A stretch of 64,000 nucleotides of DNA from Hemiscyllium ocellatum (lineage: Eukaryota), in assembly GCF_020745735.1 (NCBI RefSeq), contig NC_083421.1:62735001-62799000 (forward strand), written 5' to 3'. Every line of letters starts with the position of its first letter. Within the stretch, counting starts at the first letter, position 1. Below, piece by piece: positions 48,488 through 62,400 of this stretch. Under the pieces are notes generated by a model. The model had not been told where the DNA came from. It saw nothing but the letters and a program-made list of their open reading frames with translations, and made no database searches. The translations under genes were made by a program, and so were the position numbers.

Positions 48488-50211
48488 GTGAGTGCAATTT
48501 GCGGCTGAACTTAGACCAGAAGATCTAGCCCTTTTTCTGAAGATAAAATGTTAGCTTTATATCTCTACAAAAGTGTGATTGTATTGGAATGCAGCTTCGT
48601 ATTGAGCTCTGACAGCGAAAAGGAGCTTGAGAAATGCAATCAGTGATAATTTCTTGATTCAACTGTTGATCTTTCTGGGACTATGGGAATGCATTTTACT
48701 CTTTCATTAGTTCACTGGCTAGGTGTGAACATCAGAGTGTGCTACATTGTGACACCTGGTATGTGGTAAGTAATATAAGCTTGGCTGGGGTACCAGTGAA
48801 GATGCCAAAGTAGGTGTGTCAGATCCTGAACCAGCAGCAAAATAAAATTATCAATGATTCCTATTCTTGACCACTTTCTGGTACCTCTTGCTGAAAAGTG
48901 CACATGTATGCAGATTTAACTATTAAGTCCAATTTTTTTTTCACTGCAACAATTGCTGACTTTAGAGTGTCACAGGTCACTGGAATAATTAATAGAGGGT
49001 GCCAACAGTATATGAAAATGATAGTCATTCTGGGAGAGGAGAAGATTAAACAGAACCGAGTAAATAAACCAACCTTATCTAATTGTGATGAAGAACATGC
49101 ATGCTGCCAATGATTGGACAGACTTAGAGGACATTGGGTAATTCTGACAGTAAAAAAAGCATTGCTTTAGTTAAATTGAGTATATGATTCTTGGAGGGGA
49201 TTTCATATAATCACAGAATCCCTGCAATGCAGAAAGAGGTTATTCAGCCCATCAAGTCTGTCACAAACCGCTCCAAAGAGCGTCCCACCTGGCTTTAATA
49301 TCTGAGGAGATACTATGGTGCTGAACATTGTGCATTCAACAGCAAACATTCTCACTTCTGACCTTATGATGGAAGGAAGGTCATTAATGAAGCAGCTGAA
49401 GATTGTTGGACTGAATATCACTATCCTGAAAAATTCTGTAGCGATGTCCTGAGATGACTAAGCTCCAACAATCTCAACCATTTTTCTATGTGTCAGGTAT
49501 GATTCCAATCAGCAGAGAATCTGTCACTTGATACCCATTGATTCCATTATTGATTGGTCAAATGCAGCTTTGGTGTTAAGGGTTCTCACTCTCTGTCACT
49601 CTCCCCTTGGGAATTCAGCTCTTTTGTCTCTGTTTAAACTCAGGCTGTAATGTGGTCAGGAGCTGATGAGCCCTGGTGGAACCCAAACTGGGCGTTACTG
49701 TACAGGTGCTGCTTGATAGCACTGTTGATGTGTTCCATCACTTTACTGATGATCAAGAGTGGACTGAAAGGACAGTAATTGGCAGGGTTGGATTTGTCCT
49801 GCTTTTTGTGTACAGGAAGTACCTGGGTAATTTTCCGTATTGTCAGGTAGATGCCAGTGTTGTATCTGTACTGCAACAGCTTGGCTATGGTAATATTGGG
49901 CAAGCATCCAAGAGAATTCACTTTTTTGAAATGGGATGCTATCCATCTAAATGTCCACATAAGCATACATTGGTGCAGTTTAGTATGTTCATGAAGTCCA
50001 CCACTTTCATAATGCACCATCTGCTAAAACACAAATTTTGAAAGCTGGATGCAGTGGTATTGATTTATAATGATATTTATGGAAATGTAAATTAAACAAG
50101 GTGATTGGTCCAGTGGGAGCCAATAGGTTCTTTGACTTCCTTTAGTTTTGAGTCATGAATGCTAGGCAACAGCAAAAAGCACCCAGAGTTTCTGTTCTTT
50201 AATGTCCCCAG

Positions 50212-50366
50212 ATGGTGGAATGTCTCCAGACCCCTGTTGCTGGGAGCCGTGTCTAACTCCTCTCAGCAGTCGAATCACTGCTCTGAAAAGGCAGCTAAAT
50301 ATTGAAATGAAAGTTAAGCAGGGAGCTGAAAACATGATCCAAATGTATTCAAATGGACCATCAAAG
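50212..50366 (+). CDS. PKN3: PKN3 exon 3 (HR1b start)
   Basis: (D)[51 protein letters not shown]; ccccag| and |gtaaga. Confidence 0.93.
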
Positions 50367-50659
50367 GTAAGATTTATATGTTCCACTTTCACCAGACATT
50401 AAAGATTTTAGAGAAGTTATGTACTGTGTGATTGTGCACTAGAATTAATATCACAGAAACTGCATATCCTTCATTCTTCCATGTCCACTGAAGCTCTTGA
50501 TTAGCATTGGTGTCTTTTTGGTAGCTCTAAAGTTTGAATTTGATGGAAACATTTGAATAGCATAGGATTTGACTTAAGCACAAAACTGGATTTAGTCAGA
50601 AAATTTACCATAAAAAAGTGTCTGGAAGCAGGCTGATTTGTAAAATTGTCTATTTAAAG

Positions 50660-51965
50660 CTTAAAAATGTGTTGCTGGAAAAGCGCAGCAGGCCAGGCAG
50701 CATCAAAGGAGCAGGAGAATCGGTGTTTCAGGTATAAGCCCTTCTTCAGGAATGAGGAGGGTGTGCCAAGCAGGCTAAGATGAGAGGTAGAGAGGAGGGA
50801 CTTGGGGAAGGGGCGTTGGGAATGCAATAGGTGGAAGGAGGTTAAGGTGAGGATGATGGGCCGGAGAGAGGGTGGGGACGGAGAGGTTGGGAAGAAGATG
50901 AATGTCAAGAAGGCAGTGCGGAGTCCAAGAGTTGGGACTGAGAAAAGGTGGGGGGAGGGGAAATGAGGAAGCTGGAGAAATCTACATTCATCCCTTGTGG
51001 TTGGAGGGTTCCTAGGCGGAAGATGAGGTGCTCTTCCTCCAGACGTCGTGTTGCCATGGTCTGTCGATGGAGGTCAAGGACCTGCATGTCCTTGGTGGAT
51101 GGGAGGGGGAATTAAAGTGTTCAGCCATGAGATGGTTGGTTTGGTTGATGCGGGTGTCCCAGAGGTGTTTTCTGAAACGTTCCGCAAGTAGGTGGCCTGT
51201 CTCCCCAATGTAGGGGAGGCCACATCGCGTGCAGCGGATGCAGTAAATGTGTGCGGAGGTGCAGGTGAATTTGCGATGGATATGGAAGGATCCTTTGGGT
51301 CGCTGGAGGGAAGTGAGGGGGGAGGTATGGGCGCAAGTCTTGCATTTCTTGCGGTTGCAGGGGAAGGTGCCAGAGGTGGGGGGTGTGGACCTGACAGAGC
51401 TGCAGAGGGAGTAGTCTTTCCGGAACGCTGATCGGGGAGGGGAGGGAAATATATCCTTGGTGGGGTCTGTTTGGAGGTGGCGGAAATGACGAAGGACCAT
51501 CGCCAGACCATGGCAATCCAACGCCTGGAGGAAAAGCGCCTCATCTTCCACGTAGGAGCCCTCCAACCGCAACGGATGAATGCAGATTTCCTTCAGCTTC
51601 CTTATTTCCCCAACATCCCCTCCCCCACCCCCACACCCCCCACCCCCAACCTCACCTCACCTTTTCTCAGTCCCAGCCCTCGGACTCGGCACCACCTTCT
51701 TGACCTGCAATCTTCTTCCTGACCTCTCTGCCCCCACCCCCTCTCCAGCCTATCACCCTCACTTTAACCTCCTTCCACCTATCGCATTCCCAACGTCCCT
51801 CCTCCCTACCTTTTTATCTTAGCCTGCTTGGCACACCCTTCTCATTCCTGAAGAAGGGCTTATGCCCGAAACGTCGATTCTCCTCCTTTGCTGCCTGACC
51901 TGCTGCACTTTTCCAGCAACACATTTTTCAGCGCTGATCTCCAGCATCTGCAGTCCTCACTTTTT
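50660..51965 (-). mobile_element. Penelope-like element (GIY-YIG region) with an inverted duplicated terminus
   Basis: CIRCTRCGLPYIGETGHLLAERFRKHLWD on the - strand; orientation flips at ~51497 so that the terminus is repeated on the + strand; tttaaag on both flanks. Confidence 0.85.
51844..51879 (+). ncRNA. Minimal hammerhead ribozyme motif, intact core
   Basis: ATTC-CTGAAGA-A-GGGC-TTAT-GCCC-GAAA-CGTC-GATT. Confidence 0.75.
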
Positions 51966-53444
51966 CCTGTTTAAAGAGAGGGGAAAGATATAATAAGAAA
52001 CCTATGGGGCATTGTTTTTTTCAGAGGGTGGTACGTGTGAAATGAGCTGCCAGAGGATGTGGTGGCGGCTGGTACAATTGCAACATTGAAGAGGCATTTG
52101 GATGGGTATATGAATAGGAAGGGTTTGGAGGGCTACGGGCTGGGGGCTGGCAGGTGGGACAAGATTGGGTTGGGATACCTGGTTGGCATGGACAGGTTGG
52201 ACCGAAGGGTCTGTTTCCATCCTGTACATCTCTATGACTCTAAGTACATATATTAATTGGAGAAAATATTTGGTATTCTATAATATTCAGGTCTGACAGT
52301 AAGGGCTGATTAATGTTTTGGTGGGTCATGGAGACATGATGGTTGTGATTTTATTGTTCTGAATAGGTTAGTAGTCTTTGATATTTATTCAGAGGTAGCT
52401 TTTGATGTAAGTAGGTCTGATAAGGGTTGAAGGTGTAAAGGAGCAGTAAGGGATTTGGAAGTATTGCTTTAATTTTAATCTTGCAATAGTAAAATATACT
52501 ACAGAACTGTGGTTTTATGAATGAATAAATGAAATCATGTTACAGTAATAACAGGTTAGTAAAGGGGTATGAATGAATGAACGAGGACCCAGTATTGGTG
52601 CATATAGCGAGCTGGTGAGTGAGTTAATAAAGTAACCTATAACACACTTTCTCACACTTTAGAAGGGAGGAAGTTTCTGAAAACAAAGGACAAAATTTGA
52701 AATTAGAGTTAAAAGTTGATTTTCTTTGCTTGGATTGAGAAGATTGTGTTTTGAAGCAATCATATTTCATTGTGTAAAAACTTTTGAAAAATTAACTTAA
52801 AATAGTTAGTTGCATAGCTACTAAATCATAGAGTAACAGTTGACAGTAGACAATATATGTAATGTGATGCATTTAAAGGTAACAGTTTATTTGTGGGAAC
52901 TTTCAATGTTTTAGATCTACCAAATGTTAATGCTTACCTTCTGTGAGGACTCACCTGGCCTTTGTTCTGTTATTTGACAGTCATTCAGCAGTGTTGGAAA
53001 AGTTTCAGTACACCATGCTACCATATATCAGCACTGTAACATTTCTTTTGTCACTATGCTCCTCTTTTCTCATGCCAGAGTCTGATCTGCTAAAGTGATG
53101 TTGTGACATGGAGACAGTCAAATCAAATCAGCCTTTCTCCCTATATATTTGTAACACAGTAAACCTTTGAAGATGCACAGTAATTATTTCAATGATTCCT
53201 AATCAGACTTCTGAATAGCCAACCTGGACTTAATGGATAATTTCTTAGTATGACTATGAAAAAATATTAATTAATAATTTGTATCGTAAACAAAAGACTT
53301 AATTTACTAAATAGACAAAAAATGGGCAAGAAAAATTAAACTAGATAATCTAATAAATTTGTATGTGTTAAACCCAAGTCTCATAATCAGGCAAAGAAGC
53401 ACAGATAAGTAGTAAATAAAAGAAATAACAAATCTGGACTTATT

Positions 53445-54735
53445 ATAGAGTCACATAGAAATGTACAACACGGAAACAGACCCATCGGTCCACCTCATCC
53501 ATGCCGATCAGATATCCCAACACAATTTAGTCCCACCTGCCAGTACCTGGCCCATATCCCTCCAAACCCTTCCTGTTCATATACCCATTCAGATGCCTCT
53601 TAAATGTTGTAATTATACTGGTCTCCACCAGTTCTTCTGGCAGCTCATTCCATACACGTACCACTCTCTGCATGAAAAGGTTGCCCCTTAGGTCTCTTAT
53701 ATCTTTTCCCTCCCTCCCTTTTCACCCTAAACCTATGCCCTCTAATTCTGGACTCCTTGTGGCACTCCACTGGTCACAGGCCTCCAGCCTGAAAAATTAC
53801 CTCTGTCTTCTACCTTTTGAGCCAGTTCTATATCCAAGTGGCTAGTTCTCCATGAGATCTAACCTTGCTAACCAGTATCCCATGAGGAACCTCGTCAAAC
53901 GCCTTACTGAAGTCCATGTAGATAATGTCTACCACTCTGCCCTCATCAATCCTCTTTGTTACTATTTCAAAAAACTCAATCAAGTTTGTGAGACATGATT
54001 TTCCACACACAAAACCATGCTGATTATCCCTAATCAGTCCTTGCCTTTCCAAATACATGTACATCCTGTCCTTGATTCCCTCCAACAATATGCCCACCAT
54101 CAACGTCCAGCTCATCGGTCTATAGTTCCCTGGCTTGTACTTACCATCTATCTTAAACAATGGCACCATGTTAGCCAATCTCCAATATTCTGACACCTCA
54201 CCTGTGATTGCCGATGATACAAATATCTCAGGAAGAGGCATGGCAATCACTTCCTTAACTTCCCACAGTCTAGAGTATACCTGATCAGGTCCTGGGTATT
54301 TATCCACTTTTGTGTTTCAAGACATCCAGCACTTCCTCCTCTGAAATATGGACATTTTTCAAGATATCACTATCTATTTCCCTATGTTCTATATCTTCCA
54401 TGTCCTTTTCCTCAGTAAACAGTGATGCAGGATACTCGTTTAGTTTCTCCCTCATTTCCTGTTTTTCCACATCAGCTGCCTTGATGATCTTATGAGGGGC
54501 TCTATTCTCTCCCTAGTTACCCTTTTGTCCTTAGTGTATTTATAAAATCCCTTTGGATTCTCCTTTAATTCTATTTGCCAAAGCTATCTCATGTCCCTTT
54601 TTTTTTTGCCTTCCTGATTTCTCTCAAGTGAACGCCTACAGCCTTTATACTCTTCTAAGGATTTACTCGATCTAGCCTGTATGCCTGACATATGCTTCCT
54701 CCTTTTTCTTAACCAAACCCTCAATTTCTTTAGTC
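53445..54735 (-). mobile_element. Internally deleted CR1-type LINE
   Basis: GNYRPMS..QHGF..GKSCLTNLIEFFE..YMDFSKAFD. Confidence 0.88.
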
Positions 54736-56837
54736 GTCATCTTCAAGGGGTTTAGCTTGAATAAAGAAACCATGAGTAACAGAAGGAGGATTGGGATTGC
54801 ATAGTATTTTTGGTCTTATTTTTTAATCTTTCCAGCTTGCCTTGTTAATTACAGTAGCTACTGAATACAGGAAATATGCAAAGGTATTTCTCAGAGGCGG
54901 TAAGTTGGATGGGAGAGGATTATGTTGAGAAGGTATAGGTGGTCAGTCTTGTGGCAATTGGTGCTTAGGGTTTAGTGTTTTTTTTGGTACTAGTGCTCAA
55001 TAATGCAATCTGTATAGTTCATGTTGAGAGGGGAACAGGCAAACGTTTCAGAGTAACAGTTTTCAGTTGACAGAGCAGATAAGTTTTGGAATTGTGCCAC
55101 CTCATGATGAAGTATTGCTAAGATGACAATAAGGTCAAGAGTGATGTTTGGCTACACAATGAGTAGTTTAAATGCATTTCAGCTGGGTAGCTGTATTCAT
55201 GACTTCCAATGGTATTATTACATGTTTTATTTATACGGTCACATTGGAGTTTTAGCTGGTCTGAGATATCACAGAGGGCATAATCTTCAGAAGAGACCGC
55301 ATTTAAGATAAATGAAGTATTTCTTCTCTGTGGGTACGGAATCTGTGGAATTCTTTGCAGAGGACTGTCAAGACTATGAATATATTTCATGACCATGTGG
55401 AGTTGAGGATGATCAGTTCAGCGGCTATCTAATTGAATTGCGGAACTGGCTCGATGGACTGAATTCTGCTCCTACGTCTTATACCCTAACCCTGCTGTAA
55501 GCATACTTTCAATCACAGAAATAACCCTCTACTATCACCACCATCTTCTTGCCTCTTGGCTAGTTTCAGATCCAACATGCCATTTTGTTTTGGATCTCTT
55601 AGGTTCTTAATTTTTTTAACTGATATGGGACATGAAGGATGGGTTGCACCTGAACAGGAGGGACACAAATGTCCTAGGTGGGAGACTTGCTCATGTGATT
55701 CGGGAGGATTTAAACTAGTTTGGTGGGGGGGTGGGATCAAAGCCCATATGAGAGGGGGCCAGTTGCAGATGGGGCAGTGACAGGATGTAGTGAATCTATC
55801 GGGAAGGCTTCTCATGCAATGAAACAAAGGAATCTGTTAAAGTGTCTGCTTTAACATAAGGAGTGTCAGAAACAAGAGTGACTAACTTAGAGCATGAATC
55901 AATACTTGGGGCTACGATGTTGTAGCCACAACGGAGACGTGGGTTTCACAGGGGTAGGAATGGTTGCTTGATGTTCCAGGGTTTAGAACGTTTTAAAAAG
56001 AACAGGGAGGTTGGAAAAAGAGGAGGGGGTGTAGCATTTCTAATTGGAGAGTGCATCACAATTACAGAAACAAAGGTTATTGAGGAAGGTTTGTCTACTG
56101 AATCAGTATGGGTGGAAGTTGGAACAGCAAGGGAACAGCCACCGCATTGGGGATTTTCTACAGACCCCCTAATAGCAGGAGAGAGATGTGTAGATTCTGG
56201 AAAAATGCAGATGTAGCAGGGTGGTTGTTATGGGTGATTTCAACTTTCCCAATATCGACTGGGACCTCCTAAGTGCAGATGGATTGGATGGAGCCATTTT
56301 TGTCAAATGTGTTCAGGAGGGTTTCCTCACTCAGTATATAGACAAACCAATGAAGGGAGAGGCCATTTTGGATTTGGTGCTCGGCAATGAGCCAAGACAG
56401 GTGTCAGATCTCGCAGTGGGAGAACACTTTGGCAACAGTGATCACAACTACCTCACATTTACCATAGCCTTCGAGAGGGAAAGGAGCAGTTACGAAGGGA
56501 AGATATTTAATTGGGGGAAAAGGAAATTGTGACACTATCAGACAGGAGTTGGGAAGTACAGACTGGGAGCAATTGTTCCACAGGGTACAGCAGATATGTA
56601 GAGACTGTTTAAAGAGCAGTTATTGCGAGAGATGCACAAATTTGTTCCTGAGATAGGTAACATTAAGGAACCTTGGATGACGAGTACAGAGGAGCTTCTT
56701 GTCAAAAGGAAGAAGGCAGCTCACGTAAGGTGGAGGAAGCAAGGATCTAGCAAGGCATTAGAGGATTACAGGCTTGCTAGAGAGGAGCTCAGAAATTGAC
56801 TGAGGATAGCCAGGAGGGGGCACAAAAAAGGCTTAGT

Positions 56838-57200
56838 AAGAAGAAGTGGGCGGCACGGTGGCACAGTGGTTGTGGGCGGCACGGTGGCACAGTGGTTAGC
56901 ACTGCTGCCTCACAGCGCCTGAAGACCCGGGTTCAATTCCCGACTCAGGCGACTGACTGTGTGGAGTTTGCACGTTCTCCCCGTGTCTGCGTGGGTTTCC
57001 TCCGGGTGCTCCGGTTTCCTCCCACAGTCCAAAGATGTGCGGGTCAGGTGAATTGGCCATGCTAAATTGCCCGTAGTGTTAGGTAAGGGGTAATGTAGGG
57101 GTATGGGTGGGTTTCGCTTCGGCGGGTCGGTGTGGACTTGTTGGGCCGAAGGGCCTGTTTCCACACTGTAAGTCTAATCTAATCTAATCTAAAAAAAAAA
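56838..57200 (+). mobile_element. Young full-length HE1/V-SINE-type SINE with duplicated 5' end
   Basis: gtgggcggcacggtggcacagtggtt occurs twice; (aatct)n plus A-tail. Confidence 0.9.
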
Positions 57201-58655
57201 TTAGGGAGAACCCAAAGGCATTTTACTCATACATGAGGAATAAGAGTGTGATCAGGGAGAAGGTAGGGCCGATCAGGGATAGCAGAGGGAACTTGTGTGT
57301 AGAGTCTGAGCAGATAGGGGAAGCCCTAAATGAGTTTTCTTTTTGCTTCGGTTTTCAGTAAGGAAAGGGACCTTGTTGTGAATGAAAACTTTGAGGAACT
57401 GGGGTACAGACTTGTCCGGATCAAGATTGATGAGGTTGATGTGCTGGAAAGTTTGCAAAAATGTTAAGATCAATAAGTCCCCAGGGCCCGATCAGATTTA
57501 TCATGGGCTGCTCTGGGAAGCAAGAAAGGAGGTTGCTAAGCCACTGGTGATGATCTTTGCCTCCTCACTCTCCATGGAAGTCGTACTGGAGGATTGGAAG
57601 GAGGCAAAATGTTGTTCCTCTTTTCAAGACGGGCAATAGGGAAATCCTTGGCAATTGCAGACCAGTCAGTCTTACGTCTGTGGTCAGCAAAGTTTTGGAA
57701 AGATATGAGGGATAAGATTTATGACTATTTGGCAAAGCATTATGTGATTTAGGAGGGGCAGGAGGTGACAAGACAGGTCAATGAAGGTCAAGCAGTTGGT
57801 GTGGTGTATATGGACTTCAAGGTATTTGGTAAGGTTCCCTGTGTTAGGCTCATTCCCTGTACCCCATACTTCCTGACTTTGAGATTTGGCTATCTGGATT
57901 CAGAATTGGCTGGCTGACAGAAGGCAGAGTGTGTTTGTAGATTGAAAGTATTCTGCCTGGAGGTCAGTGTTGAGTGGGGTCCTGCAAGTCTCTGTTCTTG
58001 GGCCTCTGCTCTTTGTAGTTTTTATAAATGACTTGGATGAGGAACATTGAGGGGCGGGTTAGTAAATTTGCAGATGACACAAAGGTTGGAGGTGCCATCG
58101 ATAATATCTAGGGCTGTTGCAGGCTGCAGTGCAACATAGACAGGATGCAGAGCTGGGCTGTGAAATGGCAGATGGAGTTCAACCTGGATAAATGCAAAGT
58201 GATGCATTTTGGAAGGTCAAGGTCGAACTCTGATGCTGAATATAGGATTAAAGACAGGATTCTTGGCAGTGTGGAGGACAGAAGGATCTGGGTGTGCAAG
58301 TACATAGATTCCCTCAAAGTTGCCACCCAAGTTAATAGGGTTGTTAAGAAAGCATGTGGTGTCTCGGCTTTCATTAACACGGGTATCGAGTTTGAGAGCT
58401 GCAAGGTTTTGCTGCAGCTCTACAATTCCCTGATGAGATCACACTTGGAATATTGTGTCCAGTTCTGGTCACCCTACCATAAGAAAGATAGAGGCTTTGA
58501 AGAGGATGCAAAGAAGGTTTACCAGGATGTTGCCTGGACTGGAGGGCTTGTCTTATGTAGAAAGGTTGAATAAGCTCGGACTTTCCTCTCTGGAGAGGAG
58601 GAAGAGAGGAGACCTGACCGAGCTTTACAAGATAACAAGAGGAATAGATAGAGTC

Positions 58656-60436
58656 CATAGAGTCATAGAGATGTACAGCATGAAAACAGACCCTTTGGTG
58701 CAACCCGTCCATACCGATCAGATATCCCAACCCAATCTAGTCCCACCTGCCAGCACCCGGCCCATATCCCTCTAAACCCTTCCTATTCATATACCAATCC
58801 AAATGCCTTTTAAATGTTGCAATTGTACCAGCGATCCACCACATCCTTTGGCAGCTCATTTCATACACGTACTACCCTCTGCATGAAAATGTTGCCCCTT
58901 GGGTCTCTTTTATATCTTACCCCTCTCACCCTAAACCTATGACCTCTAGTTCTGGACTCCCCAAGGAAAAGAGTTTGCCTATTTATCCTATCCATGCCCC
59001 TCATAATTTTGTAAACCTCTATAAGGCCACCCTTCAGCCTCTGCTCCAGGGAAAACAGCCCCAGCCTGTTCAGCCTCTCCCTGTAGCTCAGATCCTCCAA
59101 TCCTGGCAACATTCTTGTAAATCCTTTCTGAACCCTTTCAAATTTCACAACATTTTTCCAATAGGAAGGAGACCAGAATTGCATGCAATATTCCAACAGT
59201 GGCCTAACCAATGTGTTGTACAGCTGCAACATGACCTCCCAACTCCTGTACTCAGTTCTCTGACTAATAAAGGAAAGCATATCAAACACTACCTTCACTA
59301 TCCTATCTACCTACGACTCCACTTTCAAAGAGCTATGAACCTGCACTCCAAGGTCTCTTTGTTCAGCAACACTTGCTAGGACCTTACCATTAAGTGTATA
59401 AGTCCTGCTAAGATTTGTTTTCCCAAAATGCAGCACCTGTCACTTATCTGAATTAAACTCCATCTGCCACTTCTCAGCCCATAGGATCTGGACCAGATGA
59501 GCCAGTTGTAATCTGAGGTGACCCTTTTTGCTGTCCACTACACCTCCAATTTTGGTGTCATCTGCAAACTTACGAACTGTACCTCTTATGCTCGCATCCA
59601 AATCATTTATGTAAATGACAAAAAGTAGAGGGCCCAGCACCAAATCTTGTGGCACTCCGCTGGTCATAGGCGTCCAGTCTGAAAAACAATGCTCCCACCA
59701 CCACCCTCGGTCTTCTACCTTTGAGCCAGTTCTGTATCCAAATGGCTAGTTCTCCCTGTATTCCGTGAGATCTAACCTTGCTAATCAGTCTCCCAAGGGG
59801 AACCTTGTCGAATGCCTTACTGAAGTCCATATAGATCACATCTACTGCTCTGCCCTCATCAATCTTCAAAATACTCAATCACGTTTGAGAGACATAATTT
59901 CCCACGCACAAAGCCATGTTGACTATCCCGAATCAGTCCTTGCCTTTCCAAATACATGTACATCCTATCCCTCAGGATTCCCTCCAACAACTTGCCTACC
60001 GCTGAGGTCAGGCTCACCGGTTTATAGTTCCCTGGCTTGTCTTTACCGCCCTTCTTAAACAGTGGCACCATGTTTGCCAACCTCCAGTCTTCCGGCACCT
60101 CACCTGTGACTATCGATACAAATATCTCAGCAAGAGGTCCAGCAATCTCTCCTATAGTTTCCCACAGAGTTTTCGGGTACACCTGACCAGGTCCTGGGGA
60201 TTTATCCACTCTTAACTGTTTCAAGACATCCAGCACTTGCTCCTCTGTAATCTGGATGTTTTGCAAGATGTCACCATCTATTTCCCTACATTCTATATCT
60301 TCCATATCCTTTTCCACAGTAAGTACTGATGCAAAATATTCATTTAGTATCTTCCCCATAATCTGTGGCTCCTTGCTGATCTTTGAGGGGCCCTATTCTC
60401 TCCCTAGTTACCCTTTTGTCCTTAATATATTTGTAA
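58656..60436 (-). mobile_element. 5'-truncated CR1-type LINE, same family as 11099-13960
   Basis: ORFs 58861-60359 with RT motifs; tail ctctatgactctatg. Confidence 0.9.
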
Positions 60437-60769
60437 AATAGCCAGAGACTTTTCCCCAGGGCAGGATTGACTGGTACGAGTGGTCATAGTTTTAAGATAT
60501 TAGAAGAAAGGTATAGAGGTGATGCCAGAGGTAGGTACTTTATGCAGAGAGTTGTGAATGCATGGAATGCATTACCAGCAGTGGTGGTGGAAGCAGAGTC
60601 ATTAGGGACATTTAAGTGACTGCTGGACATGCACATGGATAGCAGAAGAGTTGAGGGGTGCGTAGGTTAAGTTATTATATTTTACATTAGGATTAAACTT
60701 CAGCTCAACATCGTGGGCCTAAGAGTCGGTTCTGTGCCGTACGTTTCTATATTCTATGTCCTATGAGAG

Positions 60770-62400
60770 ACCTTAGCAAAATCTTTTGCTCGAAGTTCAG
60801 GTAGACCACATCAAGTGTCTTGCACTCATCAACATTCCTGATTATCTCCTAAAAATTTGATTAAATTGATCAAATGTGACCTTCTCTGTAACAGGTCTAT
60901 GCTGACTCTTCCTGATTTCACTTGGAGGATATCGATCAGATATATTCCATCCCTCTGAAGTCTTTCTAATAACTTCACTACTGTGATTAAACTGACTGAT
61001 CTATATTTCCCTTGTCTATCCCCTCCACTGTTTTAAATAATGGGACAAAGTAAGTAGTCCTCTTTGCTAAACTCACTATATTTTCCTAATCTATGTGTTT
61101 CCTCTGCTTTCCAGACTTGCTTATTCACATTTTAATTTTGCATTCCATCTGCTTCTTTCCCCTGTGATTTACTTGACAGGATCCTATTCCCTGTTAATCC
61201 TAGTTTAAATTCACCCCAAGAGCATAAGCAGACCTATGAGGATGTTGATCACATCCCAATTCAGACATAACCTGACCAACTTGTATTGTTCCCACTTCCC
61301 TCAGAAACATCCCCTGCCTTCAGAATCTAAAGCCCTCTCTATTTTACCATCTCTGCAGCCATCTCTCCAGATATAATGTTCTAGTCTTACACTCACTAAG
61401 GTGTTACAAGTTTTGCTTTTCAATGTCCTACTTAATTCCTTCACGTCTGCTTGCAGGACCTCATTTTTCAAGTTTGTTTGTCTTCTCCATATGGACCACC
61501 ACCTGTGCCTGTTGATCATCTTCCTTCAGAATGCCCTGCAGCTGCTTGTCGCATCCTTGACCCAGGCAACAATACTTGAGTCACATCTATGGCCACAGAA
61601 TATCTGTCTACTCACTCACATTAGTGTAAAAAATGAGGTCTGCAGATGCTGGAGATCACAGCTGCAAATGTGTTGCTGGTCAAAGCACAGCAGGTTAGGC
61701 AGCATCTCAGGAATAGAGAATTCGACGTTTCGAGCATAAGCCCTTCATCAGGAATAAGAGAGAGAGAGCCAAGCCGGCTGAGATAAAAGGTAGGGAGGAG
61801 GGACTAGGGGGAGGGGCGATGGAGGTGGGATAGGTGGAAGGAGGTCAAGGTGAGGGTGATAGGCTGGAGTGGGGTGGGGGCGGAGAGGTCAGGAAGAGGA
61901 TTGCAGGTTAGGAGGGCGGTGCTGAGTTGAGGGAACCGACTGAGACTCACATTCCCTATCATTATTGACCTTAAACAATCACTAGGTCATTGACTTTCTC
62001 CCTCACAGGTGGGCCACCCACAATGCCACACCCTTGCCTCTGACTGACTGGTGTCCACAGAGACGACATCACACTCACCACTTTTCAAGGTTGACAAAAC
62101 CTGTAAAGGAGATGCTCTCAGGGTTCCCTTACTATTTGCCTGGTCCCTCCTCCAGTTTGGCAATCACCCATTCCTCCTCAGCCTGTATTTCGTTATTCTG
62201 CAGGGTGACCACATCTGGAAATCCCACAAACTCCAGATTGCTCTGGGTCAAAAACCTGGAGTTCAAGTTCCTCCAGCCAGTGGCACCTCCTGTGTACGTG
62301 GGTCATCAGACTACCAGGAGCATCTAGGATTTCCTGCATAATGCAGGATTTGCCTGAACTCCTAGACACATCTCAACTGAATAAAATACAAACATTTGTT
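60770..62400 (-). mobile_element. Old CR1-type remnant (ORF1/ORF2 pieces) with a Penelope-like terminal insert at ~61625-61945
   Basis: Degenerate RT-like and ORF1-like (..RCHWLEELELQV..) traces; the insert carries the hammerhead at 61720. Confidence 0.55.
61720..61755 (-). ncRNA. Minimal hammerhead ribozyme motif, intact core
   Basis: ATTC-CTGATGA-A-GGGC-TTAT-GCTC-GAAA-CGTC-GAAT. Confidence 0.78.

Larger units (their letters stand above)
55600..60770 (+). mobile_element. Near-complete, decayed CR1-type LINE (ORF1 esterase end, APE endonuclease, RT) hosting a SINE (56838-57200) and an antisense CR1 (58656-60436)
   Basis: GLHLN (SGNH esterase-like), KRGGGVAFLI, VMGDFNFPNIDW, SDHN, KFADDTK, HLEYCVQFWSP; 3' end resumes at ~60437. 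Confidence 0.88.

Noticed and set aside
55600-60770. Potentially active autonomous LINE
   Set aside because: Many frameshifts and stops, plus two nested insertions
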